Shown here: positions 18,154 through 26,302 of the stretch, one piece after another | How positions within the stretch are numbered: the stretch's first letter is position 1 | Layout of the letters: each line of letters begins with the position of its first letter | Origin: Candidatus Cloacimonadota bacterium | GTDB lineage: Bacteria > Cloacimonadota > Cloacimonadia > JGIOTU-2 | Length of the DNA stretch: 28,254 nt | Direction: 5' to 3' | Assembly (NCBI GenBank): GCA_014384665.1 | Contig: JACNFI010000095.1 | Location: 1-28,254 of the forward strand | Translations under genes and position numbers: made by a program | The notes under the pieces: generated by a model | What the model saw: the letters and a program-made list of their open reading frames with translations, nothing else | The model's database searches: none | Told to the model about the DNA's origin: nothing

Positions 18154-18456
18154 ATGAAAACAGTCTCAAAGAGTACCACCTTTAAGAATTTATTAAAAGA
18201 TTTGGCAATTACAGATGTGTCAAGGATAATAAGGGATACTTTGCTCACCGAAATTCTTTGCAAGATTTCAGATTTTTCTGATGAAGTAAAACATTTTGAG
18301 GAAAAATATGGCAAAAATCTAAGTGACTTCATTAAAGAATATGAATCTAATGATGAAGATTTTGAAAAATATGATGACCTGATGGCTTGGGAATTTGCTC
18401 AACAAGGAAAACAATATTGGGAAACAAAGCTAAAGGAAGCCAAGAGTGTTTTATAA
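18154..18456 (+). CDS. hypothetical 100-aa acidic cytoplasmic protein (cargo of the second tail-duplication cassette)
   Basis: An intact ORF lying between the two copies of the 18006/18511 repeat. It has no recognisable catalytic motif and is rich in charged residues (…DFSDEVKHFEEKYG…EDFEKYDDLMAWEFAQQGKQYW). It may be a small antitoxin-like or regulatory protein, but this is unverified. Confidence 0.45.
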   Translation: MKTVSKSTTFKNLLKDLAITDVSRIIRDTLLTEILCKISDFSDEVKHFEEKYGKNLSDFIKEYESNDEDFEKYDDLMAWEFAQQGKQYWETKLKEAKSVL

Positions 18457-18510
18457 AATAATTGAAGAGTACGCAAATATTATTCACAGATATTCTGTAA
18501 AAAACAAAAA

Positions 18511-18577
18511 CAAAAAAAGAATGATCTATCATTTATTATAGACATATTTAAATTCATAAATGAGTTAAAATAAAATC
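18511..18577 (+). repeat. direct repeat copy B (diverged duplicate of the 3' end of gene 16881-18068)
   Basis: See copy A at 18006-18073; identity is roughly 80%. Confidence 0.75.
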
Positions 18578-18617
18578 TCTGCGTTCTCTGCGTCTTCGCG
18601 GTGAGTGAAAGGAACAA

Positions 18618-19847
18618 GTGGGCAAAACTATAGTTGAAAAAATCATTCAATCACATTCAGATGAAAAAGTAAAAGCAGGCAAGATTGTCTGGATGAAGTT
18701 AGATATCAGAACTGCACGAGATTTCGGCGGTCCAAATGTAGTAAAAAATCTTGAGAAATACTATCCAGATGAACGATTACCAGATGTAGAAAATATACTT
18801 TTTACTTTTGATTGCGTTGTACCTGCAAAAACCATTCCTTATGCAAACAATCAGCAAATCTGCCGTGAATTTGCAAAAAAGCAAGGTATAAGAGTTTTTG
18901 ATGTTGATGCTGGAATTGGAACTCATATTTTAATGGAAAAAGGATTTGCACGACCGGGCAGAATTCTTGTAGGTACAGATAGTCATTTTAACATTCTAGG
19001 TGCTGTTGGAGCTTTCGGACAGGGGATGGGGGATCAGGATATTGCTTTTACTTTTTGCACAGGAAAAACCTGGTTTGAAGTACCAGAAACAATCAAAATC
19101 AATCTAAAAGGAAGATTTACTTTTCCTACAACTGGTAAAGATTTAGTTCTTTTCGTTTTGCGAAAATTAGGAAGTAAAGGTGCATTGGGGAAATGTATTG
19201 AATATTATGGAGAATGCCTTCAAGATTTGAGTTTCGCAGAATATATTACTCTATGCAGTATGATGACAGAGATGGGCGGTATCGTAGCTTTTCCTTATCC
19301 AAATGAAAATGTAACAAATTGGCTTATTAAAAGAACAGGAGAAAATCCAGAATTTATTTTTGCTGATAGAGATGCAAAATATTGCAATGAAATTGAAATT
19401 GATGTTACTGATTTACAACCGCAAATTGCCTGTCCGCCAAAACCAGATAATGTTAAAGAGGTTTCAAGGTTAAAATGTTTGAAGGTTAATTCAGTTTTTG
19501 TTGGCTCTTGCACAAATGGTAGATTTGAAGATATGCTGCAAGTCTCTGAAATCCTGAAAGGAAACAAGGTTGCACAAGGAGTTATGTTGAGAATTGTTCC
19601 TGCAACAAAAGAAGTTTATGGTCAAATGCTTAAAGAAGGATTAATCCAGGTTCTCTATGATGCAGGTGCAATTATTTCAAACCCAGGATGTGGTGGATGT
19701 GCATCTGGTCAAATTGGTATGACTGGCAAAAGAGAAGTGCAGATTTCAACTGCTAATCGCAATTTTTTAGGAAAACAGGGAGACGGAGATACCTATCTTG
19801 CCAGTCCTGTTACTGCAGCTTTTGCAGCCCTAAAGGGAAAATTGTAG
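18618..19847 (+). CDS. leuC: 3-isopropylmalate dehydratase / homoaconitase-type large subunit (short aconitase-family LeuC)
   Basis: The 409-aa translation has a GTG start after AAAGGAACAA. It has aconitase-family motifs, including the cysteine ligands of VGSCTNGR and GCGGCASGQ. Its short size fits the archaeal-type LeuC/HACN. Confidence 0.85.
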   Translation: MGKTIVEKIIQSHSDEKVKAGKIVWMKLDIRTARDFGGPNVVKNLEKYYPDERLPDVENILFTFDCVVPAKTIPYANNQQICREFAKKQGIRVFDVDAGIGTHILMEKGFARPGRILVGTDSHFNILGAVGAFGQGMGDQDIAFTFCTGKTWFEVPETIKINLKGRFTFPTTGKDLVLFVLRKLGSKGALGKCIEYYGECLQDLSFAEYITLCSMMTEMGGIVAFPYPNENVTNWLIKRTGENPEFIFADRDAKYCNEIEIDVTDLQPQIACPPKPDNVKEVSRLKCLKVNSVFVGSCTNGRFEDMLQVSEILKGNKVAQGVMLRIVPATKEVYGQMLKEGLIQVLYDAGAIISNPGCGGCASGQIGMTGKREVQISTANRNFLGKQGDGDTYLASPVTAAFAALKGKL

Positions 19848-19848
19848 A

Positions 19849-21060
19849 ATGAAAAATAAAACTTTTTTTTCAATCATCATTTTAGTATCTTCAATCTTTA
19901 TTATACTTTCTGGATGCACAAAAAAACAATTAGAAGAAGTCCATGAGTTCATTAACATTGCCGGAAAGATAAGAAAAGGTGAATCACTGTTTTCTACCTT
20001 ACTTGAAAAAAATGTTGATAGGAAAGAAGCATTCAAAATCACAAAATCTCTTAATAAATATTTTGACCTCAGATATACTCACCCAAACGATAGTTTTGCA
20101 ATACAAATTGATACTTTGGGACAGGTTCAGAGATTGGAATATTTCCCGAATAAAATTGAAAAATATATCGTAATCCGAGACACATTAGACGATTTCATCA
20201 CGCATAAAAAGGAAGTTGAATTATCAAAAGAAATTTTTGTCTTGTCTTCTCAGATTCAATCATCAATTTATCAATCAATGGTAAATCAGGGAGTTAGTCC
20301 AGAATTGGTAATGAATTTCAGTGATATTTTTCAGTGGGATATTGATTTTTTTATAGACCCAAGAGAAGGAGATAGTTGCAAACTTGTTTATGAAGCATTT
20401 ACCAACAATGGCAAAATTCTGAAATATGGCGATATTCTTGCAGCGTCATATAAAGGAAAAAATTTTGACCTTACTGCTTACTACTTTTTTGATGACGGCA
20501 AGAATGCAAACGGATATTTTGATAAAGATGGCATATCATTTCAGAAAGCATTTCTTAAATCCCCATTAAATTATTCATATATCAGTTCATACTTTTCTTA
20601 TGCACGATACCATCCAATTTTGAAAAAGGTCTGTCCTCATTATGGAATTGATTATGCTGCTCCTTATGGAACTCCAATTGTTGCTTCAGCTGATGGAAAA
20701 GTTGTTTTCAAAGGTTGGAATAATGGCTTTGGTCATTGTATAAAAATCAGACATAAAAATAGCAGATATGTTACTTTATATGGACATTTAAGTGGATATG
20801 CTCGTGGAATTTATGTGGGCGCAAATGTCAAACAGAAACAACTGATTGGATATGTGGGTTCAACTGGCTGGTCAACAGGTCCTCATCTTGATTACAGAAT
20901 CTATGATAATGGACGAGCAATTAATCCACTGAAATTGAAGAATGTATCAGGTCCCCCAATTCCGAAAAAAATAAAAAAAGATTTCATGAAAATTGTATTA
21001 GCAATGAATGAAATGTTGGAGAATGATATTTTAGAAAATAAAAAAAATCAAAAAAATTGA
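19849..21060 (+). CDS. M23 family metallopeptidase lipoprotein (murein DD-endopeptidase-like)
   Basis: The 403-aa translation has a lipoprotein signal peptide ending ILSGC. The C-terminal LytM/M23 domain carries HYGIDYAAPYGTPIVA…GHLSGY…GSTGWSTGPHLDYRI (HxxxD and HxH zinc motifs). Its start is 1 nt after the leuC stop. Confidence 0.85.
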   Translation: MKNKTFFSIIILVSSIFIILSGCTKKQLEEVHEFINIAGKIRKGESLFSTLLEKNVDRKEAFKITKSLNKYFDLRYTHPNDSFAIQIDTLGQVQRLEYFPNKIEKYIVIRDTLDDFITHKKEVELSKEIFVLSSQIQSSIYQSMVNQGVSPELVMNFSDIFQWDIDFFIDPREGDSCKLVYEAFTNNGKILKYGDILAASYKGKNFDLTAYYFFDDGKNANGYFDKDGISFQKAFLKSPLNYSYISSYFSYARYHPILKKVCPHYGIDYAAPYGTPIVASADGKVVFKGWNNGFGHCIKIRHKNSRYVTLYGHLSGYARGIYVGANVKQKQLIGYVGSTGWSTGPHLDYRIYDNGRAINPLKLKNVSGPPIPKKIKKDFMKIVLAMNEMLENDILENKKNQKN

Positions 21061-21093
21061 CACAGAAATAATCGTCGCTTCATTTTATCCCCA

Positions 21094-21600
21094 ATGCAGA
21101 AAAATATGAAACTAAACGGCAAAATATGGTTGATTACTAACAATAATAATCTCATAAACGATATTGACACAGATATGATTTTCCACAATAGATATTTAGC
21201 AATCACAGATATAAATCAGATGGGACAATATGCATTTGATAATCTTAATGGATGGAAAGATTTTGCAAAGGAAAGTGAGAAAGGTGATATCATCATTGCT
21301 GGGAAAAATTTTGGTTCTGGTTCATCCAGACAGCAAGCAGTTGATTGCTTTATCTCGCTTGGAATTCAAGCAATTTTGGCTGAATCTTTTGGTGCTATCT
21401 ACAAACGAAATGCAATAAATTCAGGATTACCAATCTTACAAATTAAAAAAATAAATTTACAAAAATTTAATCAACGAGAAAAAATTGTAATTAATTTAGT
21501 TGATGGCTCAACTAATTCGGAATATTTAGAAATAGAGCCTTTTTCAAAGGTTCAGCTGGATATTTATCAATCAGGAAATTTATTCTCCTATGGAAAGTAA
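21094..21600 (+). CDS. leuD: 3-isopropylmalate dehydratase small subunit (aconitase swivel domain, LeuD-like)
   Basis: The 168-aa translation has the GKNFGSGSSRQQA…AESFGAIYKRNAIN motifs typical of LeuD. An alternative start at 21106 (MKLNGKIW…) is possible. Confidence 0.85.
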   Translation: MQKNMKLNGKIWLITNNNNLINDIDTDMIFHNRYLAITDINQMGQYAFDNLNGWKDFAKESEKGDIIIAGKNFGSGSSRQQAVDCFISLGIQAILAESFGAIYKRNAINSGLPILQIKKINLQKFNQREKIVINLVDGSTNSEYLEIEPFSKVQLDIYQSGNLFSYGK

Positions 21601-21659
21601 CGCAATTGTCTCAATTGCGACACAAACCCCCGATTTCTCGGGGGGGACGATTGTGTTAC
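21596..21659 (+). repeat. composite hairpin H1 directly after the leuD stop: GTAAC-[CGCAATTG tct CAATTGCG]-[ACACAA a CCCCCGA tttc TCGGGGG ggacga TTGTGT]-TAC
   Basis: Seen directly in the sequence. The same structure recurs at 21992-22040, but there it lacks the inner CCCCCGA…TCGGGGG mini-hairpin. It could act as a terminator or recombination site, or it may be a nested hairpin insertion. Confidence 0.65.
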
Positions 21660-21662
21660 AAA

Positions 21663-21716
21663 ATTCTATTTGATATTCATCAAGCAGGAAATTTGTTCAC
21701 TTATGGATGAAAGAAT
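21663..21716 (+). repeat. degenerate duplicate of the leuD 3' tail (encodes FDIHQAGNLFTYG*, against native LDIYQSGNLFSYGK*)
   Basis: It aligns to 21556-21600 at roughly 75% identity. A second, more degenerate copy lies at 22041-22078. Confidence 0.65.
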
Positions 21717-21738
21717 TTTTTAAAGGAGGTTTTTAGAA

Positions 21739-21969
21739 ATGTTAAATACAGTTAGAGGTATATATGAAAATGGGGTAATAAAACCTTTTGAAAAAGTAAG
21801 AGATAAAGAAAGGTCAGAGGGCATAATTATCTTTTTAGATACTGCCAAAGAGAAGAAATCAGCTTTCTTTTCCTCGGCCGGCTCATGGAAAGATGTAGAT
21901 ACCGAGGTCTTGAAAAAACAAATATACGAAAGCAGAAAAATTTCTAATAGAAGAAAAATTCAGCTATGA
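21739..21969 (+). CDS. DUF104 (AF2212-like) family putative antitoxin, orphan
   Basis: The 76-aa translation starts MLNTVRGIYENGVIKPFEKV…EGIIIF, matching the conserved N-terminus of the DUF104 antitoxin-like family that is usually paired with PIN/VapC toxins. The RBS is AAAGGAGG. No adjacent PIN-domain ORF is present. Confidence 0.5.
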   Translation: MLNTVRGIYENGVIKPFEKVRDKERSEGIIIFLDTAKEKKSAFFSSAGSWKDVDTEVLKKQIYESRKISNRRKIQL

Positions 21970-21978
21970 TTTCATTCC

Positions 21979-22078
21979 TTCTCCTATGGAAAGTAACGCA
22001 ATTGTCTCAATTGCGACACAATCGGAGACGATTGTGTTACAAAATCCAGATGATTTATCAGGCAGGAAATTTGTTTAA
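21979..22078 (+). repeat. second copy of the cassette-boundary module: leuD tail fragment (TTCTCCTATGGAAAGTAA), hairpin H3 (21992-22040), then a degenerate tail
   Basis: TTCTCCTATGGAAAGTAACGCAATTGTCTCAATTGCGACACAA is identical to 21580-21622. H3 is the simple form …ACACAATCG gaga CGATTGTGT TAC. The following 22041-22078 parallels 21660-21716. An ATG of a cargo gene follows each module. Confidence 0.7.
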
Positions 22079-22080
22079 AT

Positions 22081-22418
22081 TTGGGAAAATATAGTATGAT
22101 TAGTAAAGAGCAGATTCATGAAATTGTACAAACTATTGTAAAAGGCTACAATCCAAAGAAAATAATCCTTTTTGGTTCGTATGTTAGTGGAAATCCTTCT
22201 GAAGATAGTGACTTAGACATGTTTCTTGTGAAAGAGAGCAAACTTCCAAGATATAAACGAGCAAGGCAGGTTCATAAATTATTTGACCCCTTGTGCGATG
22301 GATATAATCGTGTACAACACAAATGAAATAAAAAAATGGAAAGATGTCAGAAATTCTTTTGTATACGATGTTCTAAAAAATGGGAAAGTGTTATATGAAC
22401 AAACTGGTTGAAGAGTGG
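22081..22418 (+). pseudogene. mntA: MNT-type (minimal) nucleotidyltransferase antitoxin gene, interrupted by a +1 frameshift
   Basis: The N-terminal 81 aa contain the nucleotidyltransferase motif ILFGSYVSGNPSEDSDLDMFLV (GS…DxD). The frame then ends at 22326. Reading +1 from the CCCC run at about 22288 gives …PCAMDIIVYNTNEIKKWKDVRNSFVYDVLKNGKVLYEQTG*, the canonical MNT C-terminus. The shift sits in a C4 homopolymer, so this is a genuine frameshift or a sequencing error. Confidence 0.65.
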
Positions 22419-22776
22419 ATTCATAAAGCAGAAAATGATTTTTTAGATGCAGAAAATAATTTGAAAAGTCAGCAGATACCTACTGATACAGTCTGTTTTC
22501 ACTGCCAACAAGTAGCAGAAAAATATCTGAAAGCTTACTTGATTTCAAGAAACAAATCCTTTCCCCAAATTCATAATCTCATTCATCTGATGTAATTATG
22601 TAGAGAACTGGACCCAATTTTTTTGAAGTTAAAAGATGAACTAATAATTCTAAATGACTATGCAGTAGAAATTCGCTATCCTGACGACTGGTTGTGAACC
22701 AACCATTGAAGAAGCCAATGAAGCATTGGAATTAGCAAGAAAAGTAAAAGATTTTATATCTATAAAAATAAAATAG
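22380..22776 (+). pseudogene. hepT: HEPN-domain toxin gene (HepT-like), interrupted by two frame changes
   Basis: The first 71 aa (…AENDFLDAENNLKS…CFHCQQVAEKYLKAYLISRN…IHNLIHLM*) form the HEPN N-terminal helices. Downstream in other frames the reading continues ELCRELDPIFLKLKDELIILNDYAVEIRYPDDW (the Rx4-6H-like RYPDD HEPN motif), then EPTIEEANEALELARKVKDFISIKIK*. The start overlaps the end of the MNT gene, as in mntA-hepT pairs. Confidence 0.6.
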
Positions 22777-22797
22777 CATTTTGAAAGGAGCAAAAAA

Positions 22798-25605
22798 GTG
22801 AAAATTTGTATAAAACTCTTTTTTCTACTTACAATCCTATCACTCTCCTTTTCAGGTAATCTAATTGCTAAGCTACTACCTAATGATGAACCTGTAACAG
22901 AGCTTAAAGCAGAAGATGTGCCAAATGATGATGGAGGTGGATTAATCATAAGTTGGAAACCTCTTCACAAGGATAAGAAAATTATTGAATATCGTATTTA
23001 TCGTGGTGTAACACCTGATACTCTGTTTTATATTGGTAAGATACCGGTAAATGTAAAAACAGGTGTTATCGGTGATACAATGAGATTTACTGATCAAAGC
23101 TGGGTATTGTTTGTTGATGCCACTTCTCCTGCTGAATTGAGAAGAGAGAAAGGGCAAAGAAAAGGTGAGATAGGTTATGATGTTTTATATCGTAAAGTTC
23201 CAAGAGATATGAAGGTCTATGGACCTTTATTGAAAGAGTATAGAATTCTATGTGTAATTCCTTTAAAACAATATTTATACAAAACAAAGATGAAGGAATT
23301 TACTGAAATTGACACAACCAAAGAAGGTAAAGTGGATACCACCTCAACTACTTTAGCTGGTTTAAAGCTACGACAATTTAAATATCTTCTAACTAAACAG
23401 ATTATCGGGAAAAATTATTATTATGCTGTGCAAGCAGTAAACCTAAATAGAAGGACTTCTCCACTATCTGAAATTGTGGCAGGTGTAACTACAAATGACC
23501 CACCAGAAAAGTTGAAAGAGTTTTACGCAGTTGCATATTTAGATACAGAGGAGATGCGCTTTGAATGGTCACTACCTACTTTTGCTGAAGACCAGAAACA
23601 ATTCAATATTTATCTTTATGATGAAAATGGTGAAAAACATAGAATATTTACCCGTGCTGATGCTTACCCATATACACCACAAACAAATGCAATTGTTACA
23701 TTTGATTCAATTAAAGTTAGATTTCCTGAATTTAATTCAACAAATATGAAATGGTATAGATTCAATATTGGGGAACAGGATAGGGCTAATCAGGAAACAC
23801 TTGCAAAAGATGAACCAATCCCAGCTGAAATAGTTGAGAATTCTATGGATGTTTTACCACCTGTTCCTCAATATTTCACTGTGGAAGATAATCCCAATGA
23901 TAAAGGTGATCAAATCAAAATATTCTTTGATAAACCCTATTTTGGTATTTCTAAATTGACTTATAATAACGATTTTACAAAATTATTTGTAAGTTACTTT
24001 ATTAGAGATAATGAATTATTTAAGGTTTACAGAATTACAATTCAGATAAATGGAACAAAACAAACTGAGTATGTACTTGATGATAAAGCAAAATTCAAAG
24101 TTGATTGGGATTACCAAGAGCCAATGACAATTTCTGCTACATTTCAGTGCAGAAACAAAGCTAAAAGATTATATAAAGATGTGACATTACCTGAAGATTA
24201 TTCTGTATCTCATACATTTTATTATGATGAAGAAAGGTCATTAGTTGAATTGGTCCCAACTGAATCAAAAAATTATAGTTTTCAAATATATAAACATAAC
24301 AAATCTAGTGATGTATATCGCTTTCCAAAACTTTTATCTTATATGGAAAGAGAATATCTTGATAGAATTAGATATGAGGAAGTTGAATTTCGCGGTAATC
24401 CAAAATATTGTTTAGATGACAATCGGCTTTATGTTTCAACTTATTTAAGTATTGAAAATTGGGAAGAACAAGAACCATATTATACAATGGCAATTTACCT
24501 TGAGCAATTAGAGAAAATGAATAAGGAAATGAAAGATGAAATTGATAAATTACAGAAAGAATTAGAAGAAACGAGCGATAAGGATAAAGTTGATAGTTTG
24601 AAAACATTAATTAAGAATTATACGAATTTAATTGAAGATAAACCTCCGATTGTTGAACTTGCAAACGAGCAAACAACTAATAGAGATAGAATGAAAATTT
24701 TAGACAAACGACATTGTGAGAGTAAGCGAACTTTTAAATATTTTATAAGAAAGACTGATGGGAAAGGGCATTTTGTTGATACAAAGGTTTATACTAAAAA
24801 GGATGGTGACCAGTATTTCTTCCCTCAGTCAAATTGGTTTAATAAAAACGAAATTATTACTCTCATTGCTGTTTTGATTTTTGGAGCATTAGTATATTTT
24901 ATGATTAGGGCAGCTAAAAAGGGTAAGAAGCTATACATAAGACCTATTGCAGGTATTCAAGAAATAGATACTGCAATAGGCCGTGCCACAGAAATGGGCA
25001 GGCCAATTCTATTCGTGCCAGGGATAAGTGGAATTAGAGATGTTGCAACTTTAGCGGGACTGGCAATTTTAGCTAAGGTAGCCAAAAAAGCTGCAGAGTA
25101 TGATACAAAAATTCTTGTTCCTATAAGAGATTATATAGTTCTTCCAATTGCTCAGGAGATTGTAAAAGAAGCCCATTACGAAGCAGGGCGTCCAGATACT
25201 TATGACAAAAATAGTGTATTCTTTATTTCCATTGAACAGTTTGCTTTTGTGTCTGGGGTTAACGGAATTATGATAAGAGAAAAAACAGCAACGAACTTCT
25301 ATATGGGAATGTTCTATGCAGAATCACTTCTTTTGACAGAAACTGGAAGTATGACAGGTGCTATACAAATCGCTGGCACAGATGCTATTACCCAGCTTCC
25401 ATTCTTTATTACAACTTGTGACTATACATTAATGGGAGAAGAACTTTATGCTGCAAGTGCCTATCTGTCCAAACAACCACTAATACTTGGAACTTTGAAA
25501 GCTCAGGATTATGTAAAACTTTTGATAGTAATTGCCGTAGTGTTTGGAACCCTTCTTTCAACAATTCATTTAACATTTTTTATGAACTGGTTTCCAACTA
25601 AATAG
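22798..25605 (+). CDS. large surface protein (935 aa): signal peptide, FN3-like repeats, a large unassigned ectodomain, a TM helix, an about 200-aa conserved-looking C-terminal domain and a terminal TM helix
   Basis: GTG start after AAAGGAGCAAAAAA. The signal peptide is KLFFLLTILSLSFSG. FN3-like hallmarks are IEYRIYRGVTPDT and KNYYYAVQAVNLN. A TM helix is predicted around IITLIAVLIFGALVYFMI. The C-terminal region (…RPIAGIQEIDTAIGRATEMGRPILFVPGISGIRDVATLAGLAILAKV…) is followed by a final hydrophobic helix. No family is recognised. Confidence 0.75.
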   Translation: MKICIKLFFLLTILSLSFSGNLIAKLLPNDEPVTELKAEDVPNDDGGGLIISWKPLHKDKKIIEYRIYRGVTPDTLFYIGKIPVNVKTGVIGDTMRFTDQSWVLFVDATSPAELRREKGQRKGEIGYDVLYRKVPRDMKVYGPLLKEYRILCVIPLKQYLYKTKMKEFTEIDTTKEGKVDTTSTTLAGLKLRQFKYLLTKQIIGKNYYYAVQAVNLNRRTSPLSEIVAGVTTNDPPEKLKEFYAVAYLDTEEMRFEWSLPTFAEDQKQFNIYLYDENGEKHRIFTRADAYPYTPQTNAIVTFDSIKVRFPEFNSTNMKWYRFNIGEQDRANQETLAKDEPIPAEIVENSMDVLPPVPQYFTVEDNPNDKGDQIKIFFDKPYFGISKLTYNNDFTKLFVSYFIRDNELFKVYRITIQINGTKQTEYVLDDKAKFKVDWDYQEPMTISATFQCRNKAKRLYKDVTLPEDYSVSHTFYYDEERSLVELVPTESKNYSFQIYKHNKSSDVYRFPKLLSYMEREYLDRIRYEEVEFRGNPKYCLDDNRLYVSTYLSIENWEEQEPYYTMAIYLEQLEKMNKEMKDEIDKLQKELEETSDKDKVDSLKTLIKNYTNLIEDKPPIVELANEQTTNRDRMKILDKRHCESKRTFKYFIRKTDGKGHFVDTKVYTKKDGDQYFFPQSNWFNKNEIITLIAVLIFGALVYFMIRAAKKGKKLYIRPIAGIQEIDTAIGRATEMGRPILFVPGISGIRDVATLAGLAILAKVAKKAAEYDTKILVPIRDYIVLPIAQEIVKEAHYEAGRPDTYDKNSVFFISIEQFAFVSGVNGIMIREKTATNFYMGMFYAESLLLTETGSMTGAIQIAGTDAITQLPFFITTCDYTLMGEELYAASAYLSKQPLILGTLKAQDYVKLLIVIAVVFGTLLSTIHLTFFMNWFPTK

Positions 25606-25638
25606 AAATGTCATCCTCGCGAATGCGGGGAAAGGAGC

Positions 25639-26271
25639 ATGATAATGAAAAGAACAATACCTTTATTAATAGTAATGACTTTGGGATTCCTCTTTGTTGC
25701 ACATGTATTCATCCCTAGTAAGATATCACAGGATTTTTTTGACTGGTTTTTGAAATGGACAAAAGTAATCGGACCCTTTGCTGTTGTTTTAGGTGTTATG
25801 AGTCTTGTAATGGTGCATTCAACAAAAATAAGACGGAAAGCACACAATTGGGGATATAGCATAGTTGCATTAGTTGCTTTGGCTTTAACAACTGCAACAG
25901 GATTTATCTGGGGTATTCAGGAAGGAACTCCATATATGTGGATTTTCAGGAATTTCAATGTTCCACTCGGCGCCACTATGTTCTCATTACTTGCTTTCTA
26001 TATTGCTTCTGCAGCCTATAAAGCATTCCGAGCTCGGTCAGTTGAAGCTACTGTGCTCTTAATAGCAGCTATTATTGTTATGCTCGGAAGGGTCTCAATA
26101 GGACATGCTATTAGCCATTGGATTCCTGACATTACTGAGTGGATTTTGAATGTGCCTAATTTAGCTGCAAAAAGGGGAATTACTTTAGGTGTTGGTTTGG
26201 GTATGACAGCCACATCATTAAAAATTATATTGGGAATTGAAAGAACATACCTTGGTGGCGGTAAAGATTAG
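25639..26271 (+). CDS. polytopic inner-membrane protein (about 5-6 TM), unknown family
   Basis: The 210-aa hydrophobic ORF follows the 935-aa gene directly. GGAAAGGAGC precedes it, and the second ATG at 25645 has better RBS spacing. No motif is recognised. Confidence 0.65.
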   Translation: MIMKRTIPLLIVMTLGFLFVAHVFIPSKISQDFFDWFLKWTKVIGPFAVVLGVMSLVMVHSTKIRRKAHNWGYSIVALVALALTTATGFIWGIQEGTPYMWIFRNFNVPLGATMFSLLAFYIASAAYKAFRARSVEATVLLIAAIIVMLGRVSIGHAISHWIPDITEWILNVPNLAAKRGITLGVGLGMTATSLKIILGIERTYLGGGKD

Positions 26272-26302
26272 AAAGGATAAATAAATCTTTAAGGAGAAGA
26301 AA

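Noticed and set aside
21596-21659. Hairpin H1 as a canonical integron attC site
   Set aside because: It has no GTTRRRY / RYYYAAC core and inverse-core pair at the boundaries, and no intI in the window. It is therefore described only as 'integron-like' by analogy.
15632-22100. CRISPR array as an explanation for the repeated elements
   Set aside because: The repeats are long (68-215 bp), irregularly spaced, diverged by 15-25% and flank full genes. There are no short, regularly spaced identical repeats anywhere in the window.
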